Assembly (NCBI GenBank): GCA_045603265.1
Contig: JAZULU010000259.1
Location: 1 to 45,449, forward strand
Length of the DNA: 45,449 nt
Source: Clostridia bacterium
GTDB taxonomy: Bacteria > Bacillota > Clostridia > Christensenellales > QALW01
Direction of reading: 5' to 3'
Below are positions 26,840 through 34,158 of the stretch, one piece after another. Under the pieces are notes generated by a model. That model was not told the DNA's origin, did no database searches, and saw nothing but the letters and a program-made list of their open reading frames with translations. The position numbers were made by a program, and so were the translations under genes. Within the stretch, counting starts at the first letter, position 1. Every line of letters begins with the position of its first letter.

Positions 26840-27538
26840 TTAGTTCAATGGCTCAGTGCTATAATGAATTTTTGTTTCCACAGTACCGTCAACGTTTTTT
26901 TCATACTCATATTCAAGAAAACTTCCGTCATATTCATAGGTGTAATAATATTCAATTTCGCCGTCACCGTTTATAAAGGATAATTTAGTAAGAAGTTCAT
27001 CTTCGTAATCATAATCCCATACGCGGATAACTTCATCAAGATAATAAAGGGTTGACTTTTTTAAAAGATCGCCTGAATAAGTGCACTTTTCATACTCTTC
27101 ATCGCTATAAACAGCTTTTTCGAGCAATCCATCCTCATAATATTCTTTGTGGGTGGTATTGACCATGTTTTTGTCGGCATAATCGGTGTAAACGGTGCAA
27201 ACGTCGCCGTCATAAGTATATGTAAAAGAAATCATAACAGCACCGTGAGCAGAATATTGAGTCTGCTCAATAATTTTTTCACCGTCATATTTATATACAT
27301 AGTACCAATCCAACTTTTTTTCGGCGGTGAAATAACTTAACTTTGTCATAAGATCATCTTTATTATACTCGTAAGAATAATAACCTATTACATTTTCTTC
27401 GCCGTCATAAAGAATTGCGCTTTGTGCAAGAGGCGCAGGTTCTTTGTTTTTTTCTGTTTCTTTATCGGGAACGTCTTTTTCGCAAGCGGAAAAAACAAGA
27501 GTAGTTAAAATAAGCATTAAACAAATTATTTTTTTCAT
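26840..27538 (-). CDS. Lipoprotein with YD-like repeats, unknown function
   Basis: Lipobox LVFSAC and recurrent Y.Y.YD(G/.) motifs (YVYKYDGE, FTYTYDGD, YTYEYDGS). Confidence 0.65.
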   Translation of the reverse strand: MKKIICLMLILTTLVFSACEKDVPDKETEKNKEPAPLAQSAILYDGEENVIGYYSYEYNKDDLMTKLSYFTAEKKLDWYYVYKYDGEKIIEQTQYSAHGAVMISFTYTYDGDVCTVYTDYADKNMVNTTHKEYYEDGLLEKAVYSDEEYEKCTYSGDLLKKSTLYYLDEVIRVWDYDYEDELLTKLSFINGDGEIEYYYTYEYDGSFLEYEYEKNVDGTVETKIHYSTEPLN

Positions 27539-27555
27539 AAGATACCTCTATTTAA

Positions 27556-28389
27556 TTATAAGATAAATATTTCGTAAGATGTTAATAATTTCTGCAGTGT
27601 TTTGTTTTGCTTCGTTTTTTTGGTAAGATAGTAAATATAGTAAAATGCGATAATGTATATCACAAATAATAAAACAACGCCAATGGGGTAGAGGATCATG
27701 TTTCCGCCCACAAGATTAAACAAGATGTCGTAGGGCGTACCGTCACCGCGCAAAAGGAACATATAATTTGCGTTGGTGAATATGTTTGCAATATATGCCA
27801 TAATGCAGAAAGCACCTAAAATGCAGGCGGTTATAAATACGTTCTGCTTTTTCATGCTTGCCATGCCCGATATCATTATGTATAATGCCGAGAACCCTGA
27901 AATACAATGGGTGATTCCCGAAATTACGTTATCAAAGGATAAAACGGGGTAGGCGGCATAGTTGTTTCCTGCGGCATAAGTGCCTAAAATTGCGCCCAGC
28001 ACACCGAATATGGTAACAAAATCCAATGATGCTTCCTTAATTCTTCCCTTTGAAAAAGCCGCAAGGGGAATGGTGATAAGTTGGATACTGCACAAAAATA
28101 AGGGCAGATCATATATCCACCTGAAAGGATCGCTGTACCTGAAACACAGTAAAACAATCTTAAAAAGCTCAAAGGCATCAATTAAAATGGCAGAAACAAT
28201 AAGCACCTTGTTTTTTATTTTGTCATCTTTATTTCTGTTCTTTTTTCCTAAAATTATTGCAAGAATTACCATAATAGCCACAAGGCTCGTTACAAAGGTA
28301 AGGTGTTGCCACGACATGTATCCTTCAGCCTCGCGAGAATATCCGCCAAAACCAAAAAACTCTTTTAACACGTCTTTTATCCCTTTCAT
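27556..28389 (-). CDS. Polytopic integral membrane protein (possibly YwaF/TIGR02206-like)
   Basis: 277 aa with about 7 TM helices. The family assignment is tentative. Confidence 0.6.
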   Translation of the reverse strand: MKGIKDVLKEFFGFGGYSREAEGYMSWQHLTFVTSLVAIMVILAIILGKKNRNKDDKIKNKVLIVSAILIDAFELFKIVLLCFRYSDPFRWIYDLPLFLCSIQLITIPLAAFSKGRIKEASLDFVTIFGVLGAILGTYAAGNNYAAYPVLSFDNVISGITHCISGFSALYIMISGMASMKKQNVFITACILGAFCIMAYIANIFTNANYMFLLRGDGTPYDILFNLVGGNMILYPIGVVLLFVIYIIAFYYIYYLTKKTKQNKTLQKLLTSYEIFIL

Positions 28390-28406
28390 ATTAAATAATA
28401 TAATTT

Positions 28407-28435
28407 ATTCTACCATAATCCGACAAAATTTGCAA
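28407..28435 (-). promoter_or_regulatory. Promoter of the 277-aa membrane protein gene, abutting the MITE
   Basis: Minus strand has TTGCAA (28435-28430), a 17-nt spacer and TAGAAT (28412-28407). Confidence 0.5.
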
Positions 28436-28713
28436 TAGCCGAAGTGAATCGAACCCATAACGCCCAATAGGACTGCTTTTGTGCATAAAACGACTCTTGT
28501 CGCTTGAAATACGCCCGGTATTCCTTCACTTCGCGAGCCGTTTTCTATCACAAAATCAGTTCCTTTGGGTTCGCAGAAGTTTAAAATAGCAATTTTTGTT
28601 CATATCAAGGCACTTGTACAGGGACATACAGGACGTATTTCCCTGTGTAAGTAACGCAGAGATGGGCAAAAATGGCATTTTAAACCGTTGCGGGTTCGGC
28701 TCCCTTCGGCTAT
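28435..28713 (-). mobile_element. 279-bp MITE-like element, copy 1 (complete), no coding capacity
   Basis: Terminal inverted repeats ATAGCCGAAGTGAATCGAACCCATAACG (28435-62) and ATAGCCGAAGGGAGCCGAACCCGCAACG (reverse complement of 28686-713) match at 23 of 28 positions. Positions 28456-28713 are the reverse complement of 45192-45449, with five substitutions counted by eye. Confidence 0.6.
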
Positions 28714-28737
28714 CCCCTTGCAATATTAAAATTTCAT

Positions 28738-28766
28738 TTGACACAAATGGAAGTATCAATTATAAT
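28738..28766 (+). promoter_or_regulatory. Consensus sigma-70 promoter of rpmH-rnpA-yidD-yidC-jag
   Basis: TTGACA (28738-43), a 17-nt spacer and TATAAT (28761-66). Confidence 0.7.
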
Positions 28767-28826
28767 ATACAGGCTATAATGTAAATTTGCGCCCATAGGG
28801 CGATTTATGAAAGGATGAATTAAATT

Positions 28827-28961
28827 ATGTTACGCACTTATCAACCTAACAGACGTAAGAGAAAAAAGGTACACGGCTTCCGTAAGAGAATGCAGACCAA
28901 GAACGGCAGAAACGTTCTTCAGAGACGTCGCCGCAGAGGCAGAAAAGTTTTAAGCGCATAA
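28827..28961 (+). CDS. rpmH: 50S ribosomal protein L34
   Basis: [44 protein letters not shown] (44 aa). It is below the ORF-track cutoff. Confidence 0.95.
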   Translation: MLRTYQPNRRKRKKVHGFRKRMQTKNGRNVLQRRRRRGRKVLSA

Positions 28962-28979
28962 TTTGTTGGAGGTGTCCTC

Positions 28980-29324
28980 TTGAAAAAACAGGATATGCTT
29001 AAAAAAAATAAGGAATTCCGCTACGTTGTTTCAAGGGGCAAATCTTTTAAAGCGCCTTCTATGGTGCTTATTTGCGCAAAATCAAGGACGGGCACTAAAT
29101 TCGGGCTATCGGTAAGCGCGAAGTTAGGTAATGCCGTTGTCCGCAACAGAACAAAAAGAATAATGCGCGCAGGCATTACGCCGCTTATACCTTATATTAA
29201 AAAGGATACGGCGTATCTTTTTATTGCAAGGCGTGATCTCGTTGATAAAAGTTCAGACTTTTGTAAAGACGAGGCTTATTCACTTTTATTAAAGGCAGGG
29301 TGCATAAATGAAGAATCCTGCTAA
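28980..29324 (+). CDS. rnpA: Ribonuclease P protein component
   Basis: TTG start with GGAGG 7 nt upstream. Contains [14 protein letters not shown] and [11 protein letters not shown] (RNR motif). Its position after rpmH supports the call. Confidence 0.9.
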   Translation: MKKQDMLKKNKEFRYVVSRGKSFKAPSMVLICAKSRTGTKFGLSVSAKLGNAVVRNRTKRIMRAGITPLIPYIKKDTAYLFIARRDLVDKSSDFCKDEAYSLLLKAGCINEESC

Positions 29325-29556
29325 GGCTTTGTGCCTTTTCTTGATAAAAGGATATAAAAAGCATATTTCGCCGCTTTTGCCGCCTGCTTGCAGATTTGTT
29401 CCAACGTGCTCCGAATATGCATACACCGCCATTGAAAGGTTTGGTGTATTAAAAGGCGGGGCACTTTCGTTATGGCGCATTATGCGCTGTAATCCCTTTT
29501 GCAAAGGTGGGTACGATCCCGTACCAGAAAAAAGAGGACAGGAGAATTCCAAGTGA
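29308..29556 (+). CDS. yidD: Membrane protein insertion efficiency factor YidD
   Basis: [56 protein letters not shown]. Confidence 0.9.
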   Translation: MKNPAKALCLFLIKGYKKHISPLLPPACRFVPTCSEYAYTAIERFGVLKGGALSLWRIMRCNPFCKGGYDPVPEKRGQENSK

Positions 29557-30584
29557 ATTATATTAGTGAGTTTTTTGGTTGGATTTTTGAGCAGATCAAC
29601 TATGTAACCGGAAATTACGGACTTTCTATTATCCTGTTTACCATTTTGTTCAGGCTTATTCTTTTGCCTTTTGATATTCGCAGCCGTGTAGGTCAGCGTG
29701 AATATTCGGCAAAAATGAAGAAAATTCAGCCTGAAATGGATATGATAAACAAGGCTTATAAGAATAATCCGGAAAAAGCACAACAGATGATGATGGAAAT
29801 CAGAAAGCGTGAAGGTATCGGTATGATGCCCAAGGGATGCGGTACTATGCTTATTACCTATCCTATTCTTATTGCTTTCTTCGCAGTTTTCCGTAACCTT
29901 GCCGCTGAAAACATGACAGAACTTGCTACCCTTACCGATCCTGTTGAGATCGAAAAATGGTTCGATACAAACAGTTTCTTGTGGGTAAAAAATATCTGGC
30001 AGCCTGACGTTTTCTTTAACTTTGAAAACATCTGGGGGTTAAGACAGTTCTGGATAATCAAAGATATTAACGGCTATATTCTGCCTGAAACTACGGCTGA
30101 AAATCTTGACAGTCTTAAAGCAGTTCTTAAATCTGCCTTTGATGGCGGATTCTTGGATCAGTTCGCTGAAAAAGGTCTTGATATTACCAACTTCGACAAT
30201 TTCTGCAAGCAGGTAAGTGAAGGCTTTAAGAACAGTTATATTGTTGACCATATTAAAGGTATTACCAACGGCAATAATTGGCTTGGCGGAAACGGTTTCT
30301 ACATTTTCCCCATTCTTTCGGGCGTTGTGCAGATTTTGAGTTTTAATATGTCAAACAATCAGCAGCAACAGAATAATGATCCCGCTGCACAGCAGGCACA
30401 GAAGACAGGCAAATTTATGAAGATATTCTTCCCAATATTGTTTGTGTACTTCTGCCTTGTTTCATCAACCGCACTTGCTATTTACTGGACAACCTCAAGC
30501 CTTTGCATGATTCTGGTGAACTTTGTTATCAATAAAGTTCTCGATGCCAGAGATAAGAAAAAAGAACTTGAAGGAGAAAAATAA
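29553..30584 (+). CDS. yidC: Membrane protein insertase YidC/SpoIIIJ family
   Basis: I prefer GTG 29553 as the start (AGGAGAA upstream, GTGA overlap with the yidD stop) over the ATG 29499 given by the ORF track. The sequence has a 60-kDa-IMP core pattern ([19 protein letters not shown]...KMKKIQPEM) and a basic C-terminus. Confidence 0.85.
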   Translation: MNYISEFFGWIFEQINYVTGNYGLSIILFTILFRLILLPFDIRSRVGQREYSAKMKKIQPEMDMINKAYKNNPEKAQQMMMEIRKREGIGMMPKGCGTMLITYPILIAFFAVFRNLAAENMTELATLTDPVEIEKWFDTNSFLWVKNIWQPDVFFNFENIWGLRQFWIIKDINGYILPETTAENLDSLKAVLKSAFDGGFLDQFAEKGLDITNFDNFCKQVSEGFKNSYIVDHIKGITNGNNWLGGNGFYIFPILSGVVQILSFNMSNNQQQQNNDPAAQQAQKTGKFMKIFFPILFVYFCLVSSTALAIYWTTSSLCMILVNFVINKVLDARDKKKELEGEK

Positions 30585-31354
30585 TGGCAAGAGTTATTGA
30601 AATCGAAGGTAAAACTATCGATGAAGCTCTCTATCACGGTCTTGACCAACTTGCACTTACCATTGATGAAGTTGATATGGAAGTGCTTGATTACGGTTCA
30701 AAAGGCTTTATGGGTATCGGTTATAAGCCGGTAAAAATAAAACTTTCCGAGCGTGAAGAAGCGGTAATTCCCGATTTTGTTCTTAATAAGGATAAGCCTA
30801 AGGAAAAGGCTCCCCGTAAGGACAGACGCGAAAAACCCCGCAGAGAAAAAGTTGTAAAAGAAGAAACTGAGGAAATTAAGGGCGAATATTTCCCCGAAGA
30901 TACACAGTTTGTTGAAAATGAGGTTACTGAATTTTTAAAGGGTCTTATGGATCACGTTGGAATTCAGAACGGAAGCGTTAAAGCCGCTAATACCGATAAC
31001 GGCTTGCTTGTAAACCTTGAAGGCGACGATATGGGCGTTCTTATCGGCCGCCGCGGCGAAACACTTGATGCTGTACAGTATCTTGCTTCACTTGTTTATA
31101 ACAAGGATAAGGAAGATTATCACCGCATCACCGTTGACACCGAAAACTATCGCAAGAAAAGAGAAAATACTCTTATTCGTCTTGCACACAAAAAGGCATC
31201 TCAGGTTGCAAAGACTGGCAAGAAAGTTGTTCTTGAGCCTATGAGTCCCTTTGAAAGAAGAATTATCCACTTCGCCCTTCAGAACGATAAGTATGTTACT
31301 ACTTATTCTGAGGGGGAGGAGCCTAATAGGCATATTGTCATCGACAAGAAATAG
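30584..31354 (+). CDS. jag: Jag/KhpB-type RNA-binding protein (Jag_N, KH and R3H domains)
   Basis: TAATG overlap with yidC. Contains GVLIGRRGETLDAVQYL (KH GXXG) and MSPFERRIIHFALQ (R3H). Confidence 0.85.
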   Translation: MARVIEIEGKTIDEALYHGLDQLALTIDEVDMEVLDYGSKGFMGIGYKPVKIKLSEREEAVIPDFVLNKDKPKEKAPRKDRREKPRREKVVKEETEEIKGEYFPEDTQFVENEVTEFLKGLMDHVGIQNGSVKAANTDNGLLVNLEGDDMGVLIGRRGETLDAVQYLASLVYNKDKEDYHRITVDTENYRKKRENTLIRLAHKKASQVAKTGKKVVLEPMSPFERRIIHFALQNDKYVTTYSEGEEPNRHIVIDKK

Positions 31355-31380
31355 TCACGGCACGCTAAATTCTTGCAACT

Positions 31381-31432
31381 GCGGGTCGTAAGCGATATAA
31401 AGCCTCAGTCATTTACGTATCGTGTAAACTCC
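31381..31432 (+). repeat. GC-rich intergenic repeat family, partial unit (tail part)
   Basis: gcgggtcgtaagcgatataaagcctcagtcatttacgtatcgtgtaaactcc aligns with gggcggtataagcgctcaatcatttacgtttgtgtaaactcc at 31853-31894 and 40346-40386. Confidence 0.6.
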
Positions 31433-31460
31433 TTCGGCTTTAATCTCTTTCTCCCCTGAT

Positions 31461-31580
31461 TTGCAAGTTTTATCGCACCGTGGATCCAGAACGCGAAAAA
31501 TCCGCACAAACAAGCCACCGATTTCTCGGTGGCTTTTCCTTTGTTGTGGGCAGGATGAAAACTCCGTCATTTACCACGTC
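31461..31580 (+). repeat. GC-rich intergenic repeat family, unit a
   Basis: Begins ttgcaagttttatcgcaccgtggatccagaacgcgaaaaatccgcacaaaca. The hairpin aagccaccg/atttct/cggtggctt (31512-35) follows, then ttcctttgtt and a gtgggcagg..tcatttac tail. Confidence 0.7.
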
Positions 31581-31703
31581 AGCACAAGCTTCGCTTTGCG
31601 GTTTTACGCATAAATGCGCAAAACCTGTTTGGCTTCGCTGTGTTTCCTTTTTCCCCAAAAGCAATACTGCTTTTCGGGGACCCCGTTAAGCTCCCTCACT
31701 TTT

Positions 31704-31894
31704 AGAACGCCGCGCCTTGGCTTGCGAATTTTCTCGCACTCTGGGGGACATCTTATTCTGCACTACAAGCTTTATCGCACCGTGGATCCAGAGCGCGAGA
31801 ATTCCGCACAAACATACCCCTTCCGTTTCGGAAGGGGTATTTCCTTTGTTACGGGCGGTATAAGCGCTCAATCATTTACGTTTGTGTAAACTCC
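31704..31894 (+). repeat. GC-rich intergenic repeat family, degenerate unit start plus unit b
   Basis: cgcgccttggcttgc (31711-25) is identical to 40404-18. The segment tatcgcaccgtggatccagagcgcgagaattccgcacaaaca follows. Then comes the 12-bp hairpin ataccccttccg/ttt/cggaaggggtat (31814-40), ttcctttgtt, and acgggcggtataagcgctcaatcatttacgtttgtgtaaactcc. Confidence 0.75.
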
Positions 31895-31896
31895 CG

Positions 31897-31933
31897 AAAA
31901 CAAGACTCCGAAATAAATTCGGAGTCTTGTTTT
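31897..31933. terminator. Strong bidirectional terminator (serves the Coat-F gene)
   Basis: aaaacaagactccgaa / ataaa / ttcggagtcttgtttt forms a 16-bp stem including its A and T runs. Confidence 0.8.
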
Positions 31934-31940
31934 GTGTTGA

Positions 31941-32390
31941 TCAATACATTGCATTTGTGCTCATGTAATCATATATTTGCTTGCCGTGGTTTTGTTCTGC
32001 GGATTGAATATAGTTTAATACGTCACGCAAAGGTTTTTGAGAAAACTCAAACACGCTTGTATCATACATTCCCGATGCGTGCTTTTCGGCGGCTAAAAGA
32101 TCGTTACATAAAAAGCAGTCGTTTAGTTTATCAGGGTTATCCTGGGCACCGTAGGTTGCAGAAAAAGTTTTTTCTTGCCCACCATTTTGGTTGATCTGCG
32201 GAACAAATCCGTCAGTTATCTGATCAAGCATACTTAAATGGTTTATTTCATTTTGTGAAATTTCTTCAAAAAGTGCTTTTAACTGGGGATCTTTTGCCTG
32301 GTTGGCGTTGCGTGCATACTTTTCTGCACAAGTTTTTTCCTGAGTTTTTAAATCTTCAATTAACAATGCTTCTTTTTGTGTAAGTTCCAT
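31941..32390 (-). CDS. Coat F domain spore coat protein
   Basis: LTQKEALLIEDLKTQEKTCAEKYARNANQAKDPQLKALFEEISQNEINHLSML and a second ferritin-like half, typical of Coat F proteins. Confidence 0.7.
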   Translation of the reverse strand: MELTQKEALLIEDLKTQEKTCAEKYARNANQAKDPQLKALFEEISQNEINHLSMLDQITDGFVPQINQNGGQEKTFSATYGAQDNPDKLNDCFLCNDLLAAEKHASGMYDTSVFEFSQKPLRDVLNYIQSAEQNHGKQIYDYMSTNAMY

Positions 32391-32437
32391 AAAAAATCAC
32401 CTCTTGATTATTTTAACCAAGAGGTGTGTTTTTATTC

Positions 32438-33238
32438 CTATAATAATGTTTCAAAAACTTCTCTTTCAAAAGTCTGCCTTTTCAAAATATTTTCTTTCGG
32501 TAATCTTTCTGAAAAACTTGATTCGCTGTTTAACGTTCCCTGATAATTATATTTTTTTAAGGCATCTTTAAAATCGTTCCAATCGCCTGAGCCCTCATAC
32601 GGCAACGAATGTCTATCCATACCGTTTAAAGAATCGTGAACGTGAAGCGTGTTTATTTTATCGCCTAAAACCTCAAAAAACGAAGAAACTTTTAGTTTGT
32701 TTGAAAAAGCGTGTCCCGTATCAATGCAGATGCAAAGTTTTGGTGATACTGCTTCGCACATCTCTTTAAGCTCTTCCCCGGTACGCACAAAGCCGTTGCA
32801 TCCGGGCAGATTTTCAAGGCAAACCACGGTGTTTTCTGCCTTTTCAACAACACGCTTAAGATATTCTTTATTTAATTGAAAAGTTTTTTCACGGTCAGGA
32901 TCGCCCGACCAGGAATAAATAAACGTATGCACAACTGTATAGGGGATTTTTAACGCACTTGCAACTTCAACGCAATTTACTATTGAAACAATGATATTTT
33001 CAATTTCTTCATCACTGAGGTTTTCGTAAGTATTGGGCATAGGCGCGTGGCATTGACCAACGATAAGTCCCGCATCTTCAATATCCTTAATTACGCTTTC
33101 AAGGTATTTTTTGCCTTTTTCCACATTCATAAACTTACTGCCATCGCAGGTTTCATTGATATCAATCGCTTGCCAACCTGCCTCTTTAAGCATTTTATAA
33201 TCATTTTTTCCGCAATGCGAATTTCTGCTTAATAACAT
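32438..33238 (-). CDS. Sugar phosphate isomerase/epimerase (xylose-isomerase-like TIM barrel family)
   Basis: The motifs VVCLENLPG, ICIDTGHA and LHVHDS are the metal-binding pattern of the AP-endo2/XylA-like TIM barrel family. Confidence 0.7.
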   Translation of the reverse strand: MLLSRNSHCGKNDYKMLKEAGWQAIDINETCDGSKFMNVEKGKKYLESVIKDIEDAGLIVGQCHAPMPNTYENLSDEEIENIIVSIVNCVEVASALKIPYTVVHTFIYSWSGDPDREKTFQLNKEYLKRVVEKAENTVVCLENLPGCNGFVRTGEELKEMCEAVSPKLCICIDTGHAFSNKLKVSSFFEVLGDKINTLHVHDSLNGMDRHSLPYEGSGDWNDFKDALKKYNYQGTLNSESSFSERLPKENILKRQTFEREVFETLL

Positions 33239-33239
33239 T

Positions 33240-33893
33240 TTATAAACTCCTTACCGTTGTAAAAACTACCTGATGCTTTTCATCAATAAAATAATCCTGA
33301 TGACGGTGACCCGATATCCACTTTTTAAAAGTTACGTTGTTATCGATAAAGCGGTTGAGCATAAATAAACTGTGCTCGCTTCCGCCCATAGGAACAAAAC
33401 ACTCATTGCAAAAATACTTGTGTGTTAAAATATAATCAACCTGATAATTTGATTTTTTTAAATTTTCGTAAGCGTTATCAAGTTGGGATTTTGAGGGAGT
33501 ATCGCCCTCATGCCACAAGCCTAACTCTTTCCACTTTTTGCTTGTTGAGCATCCACCGAACACAAAGAACGTTGAGCCTTCTATATTATATATCTCGCCC
33601 CGTTTAAGGCGCACGATATTTTTTGAGATCCTGTTTATTTTTCCGCCGTTCCAGATTTCTTCAGGCTGACTGTCAAGCCAGGAATAATTTTCGTGATTGC
33701 CGTCAACGATAGCAATATTATAGTCCCTTGATAAAAGCCATTTATCAAAGTTTTGATACTTTTCCGTTTCGCTTAATTTTAAGCAGGTATCACCCAATAA
33801 AATAAGCAGATCATCCTTATTTTCAGGCTGATAATTTAAAAGTCCCTCAAAAAAATCGGGACCGTGATTATCGCTTAAAAAATTGATCACCAA
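33240..33893 (-). CDS. Metallophosphoesterase
   Basis: Contains LSDNHGP, LLGDT, VDGNHEN, THK and SGHRH (calcineurin-like phosphoesterase motifs). Confidence 0.7.
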   Translation of the reverse strand: MVINFLSDNHGPDFFEGLLNYQPENKDDLLILLGDTCLKLSETEKYQNFDKWLLSRDYNIAIVDGNHENYSWLDSQPEEIWNGGKINRISKNIVRLKRGEIYNIEGSTFFVFGGCSTSKKWKELGLWHEGDTPSKSQLDNAYENLKKSNYQVDYILTHKYFCNECFVPMGGSEHSLFMLNRFIDNNVTFKKWISGHRHQDYFIDEKHQVVFTTVRSL

Positions 33894-34158
33894 GATTCAC
33901 CTCGCATAAAAAATTATATAATATTGAGGAGTAAAAGTCAATGGTTAAATGTGTTTTGTATTTGTATTTTCATGTCAGTTTTTTAAAAAAATCGGCATCA
34001 GAAAAAACAGCAAGAATTGCAAGGTTTTTTGATAAAAGTCCTGATTTAACGGACTTTTATCCAAGTGTGTTTTGCCAAAGAAACAGCAATATTCACAATG
34101 TACAAAAGTCTCTTTTTGTGGCACAATATACCTATAACATAACTAAAGGAGATATATT

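Noticed and set aside
28435-28713. Possibility that the repeat is RNase P RNA, tmRNA, a tRNA (GGTTCGATTC-like T-loop at 28441-28457) or group II intron domain V (GAGCCG...CGGTT)
   Set aside because: There is no GAGGAAAGTCC-type RNase P core and no acceptor or T-stem pairing around the T-loop-like string. The GAGCCG hairpin is too short for domain V, and no intron ORF or 5' GUGYG is present. The terminal inverted repeats fit a MITE better. An Rfam scan is still advisable.
28556-28759. 67-aa ORF, and its near-identical 60-aa twin at 45167-45349 (..SRREPNPQRFKMPFLPISALLTQGNTSCMSL.KCLDMNKNCYFKLLRTQRN), which look like a conserved small protein
   Set aside because: The identity is explained by the nucleotide repeat itself (the MITE). 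There is no SD, the N-termini diverge exactly at the repeat border, and the composition is not protein-like.
28390-28826. Expected oriC or DnaA-box cluster upstream of rpmH
   Set aside because: I found no TTATCCACA/TGTGGATAA-like boxes by eye in this spacer. The GTGGATCC string in the 31.5-kb repeats matches only 6 of 9 positions. No origin is called.
29499-29552. N-terminal extension of yidC proposed by the ORF track ([18 protein letters not shown])
   Set aside because: It overlaps yidD by 58 nt in another frame and has no SD. GTG 29553 has AGGAGAA upstream and the classic GTGA stop-start overlap.
31481-31806. Adjacent BamHI (GGATCC) and EcoRI (GAATTC) sites within the repeat unit, which might suggest cloning-vector contamination
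   Set aside because: The sites are embedded in a multi-copy native repeat. Copy a lacks the EcoRI site, and no polylinker or vector backbone sequence is nearby.
31480-31889. ORFs 31480-31689, 31614-31889 and 31686-31871 (minus), with a repeated peptide TVDPERE(K/N)SAQT
   Set aside because: They lie entirely within tandem DNA repeats. The hairpin segment changes sequence while keeping base pairing, which would scramble a protein. No SD is present.
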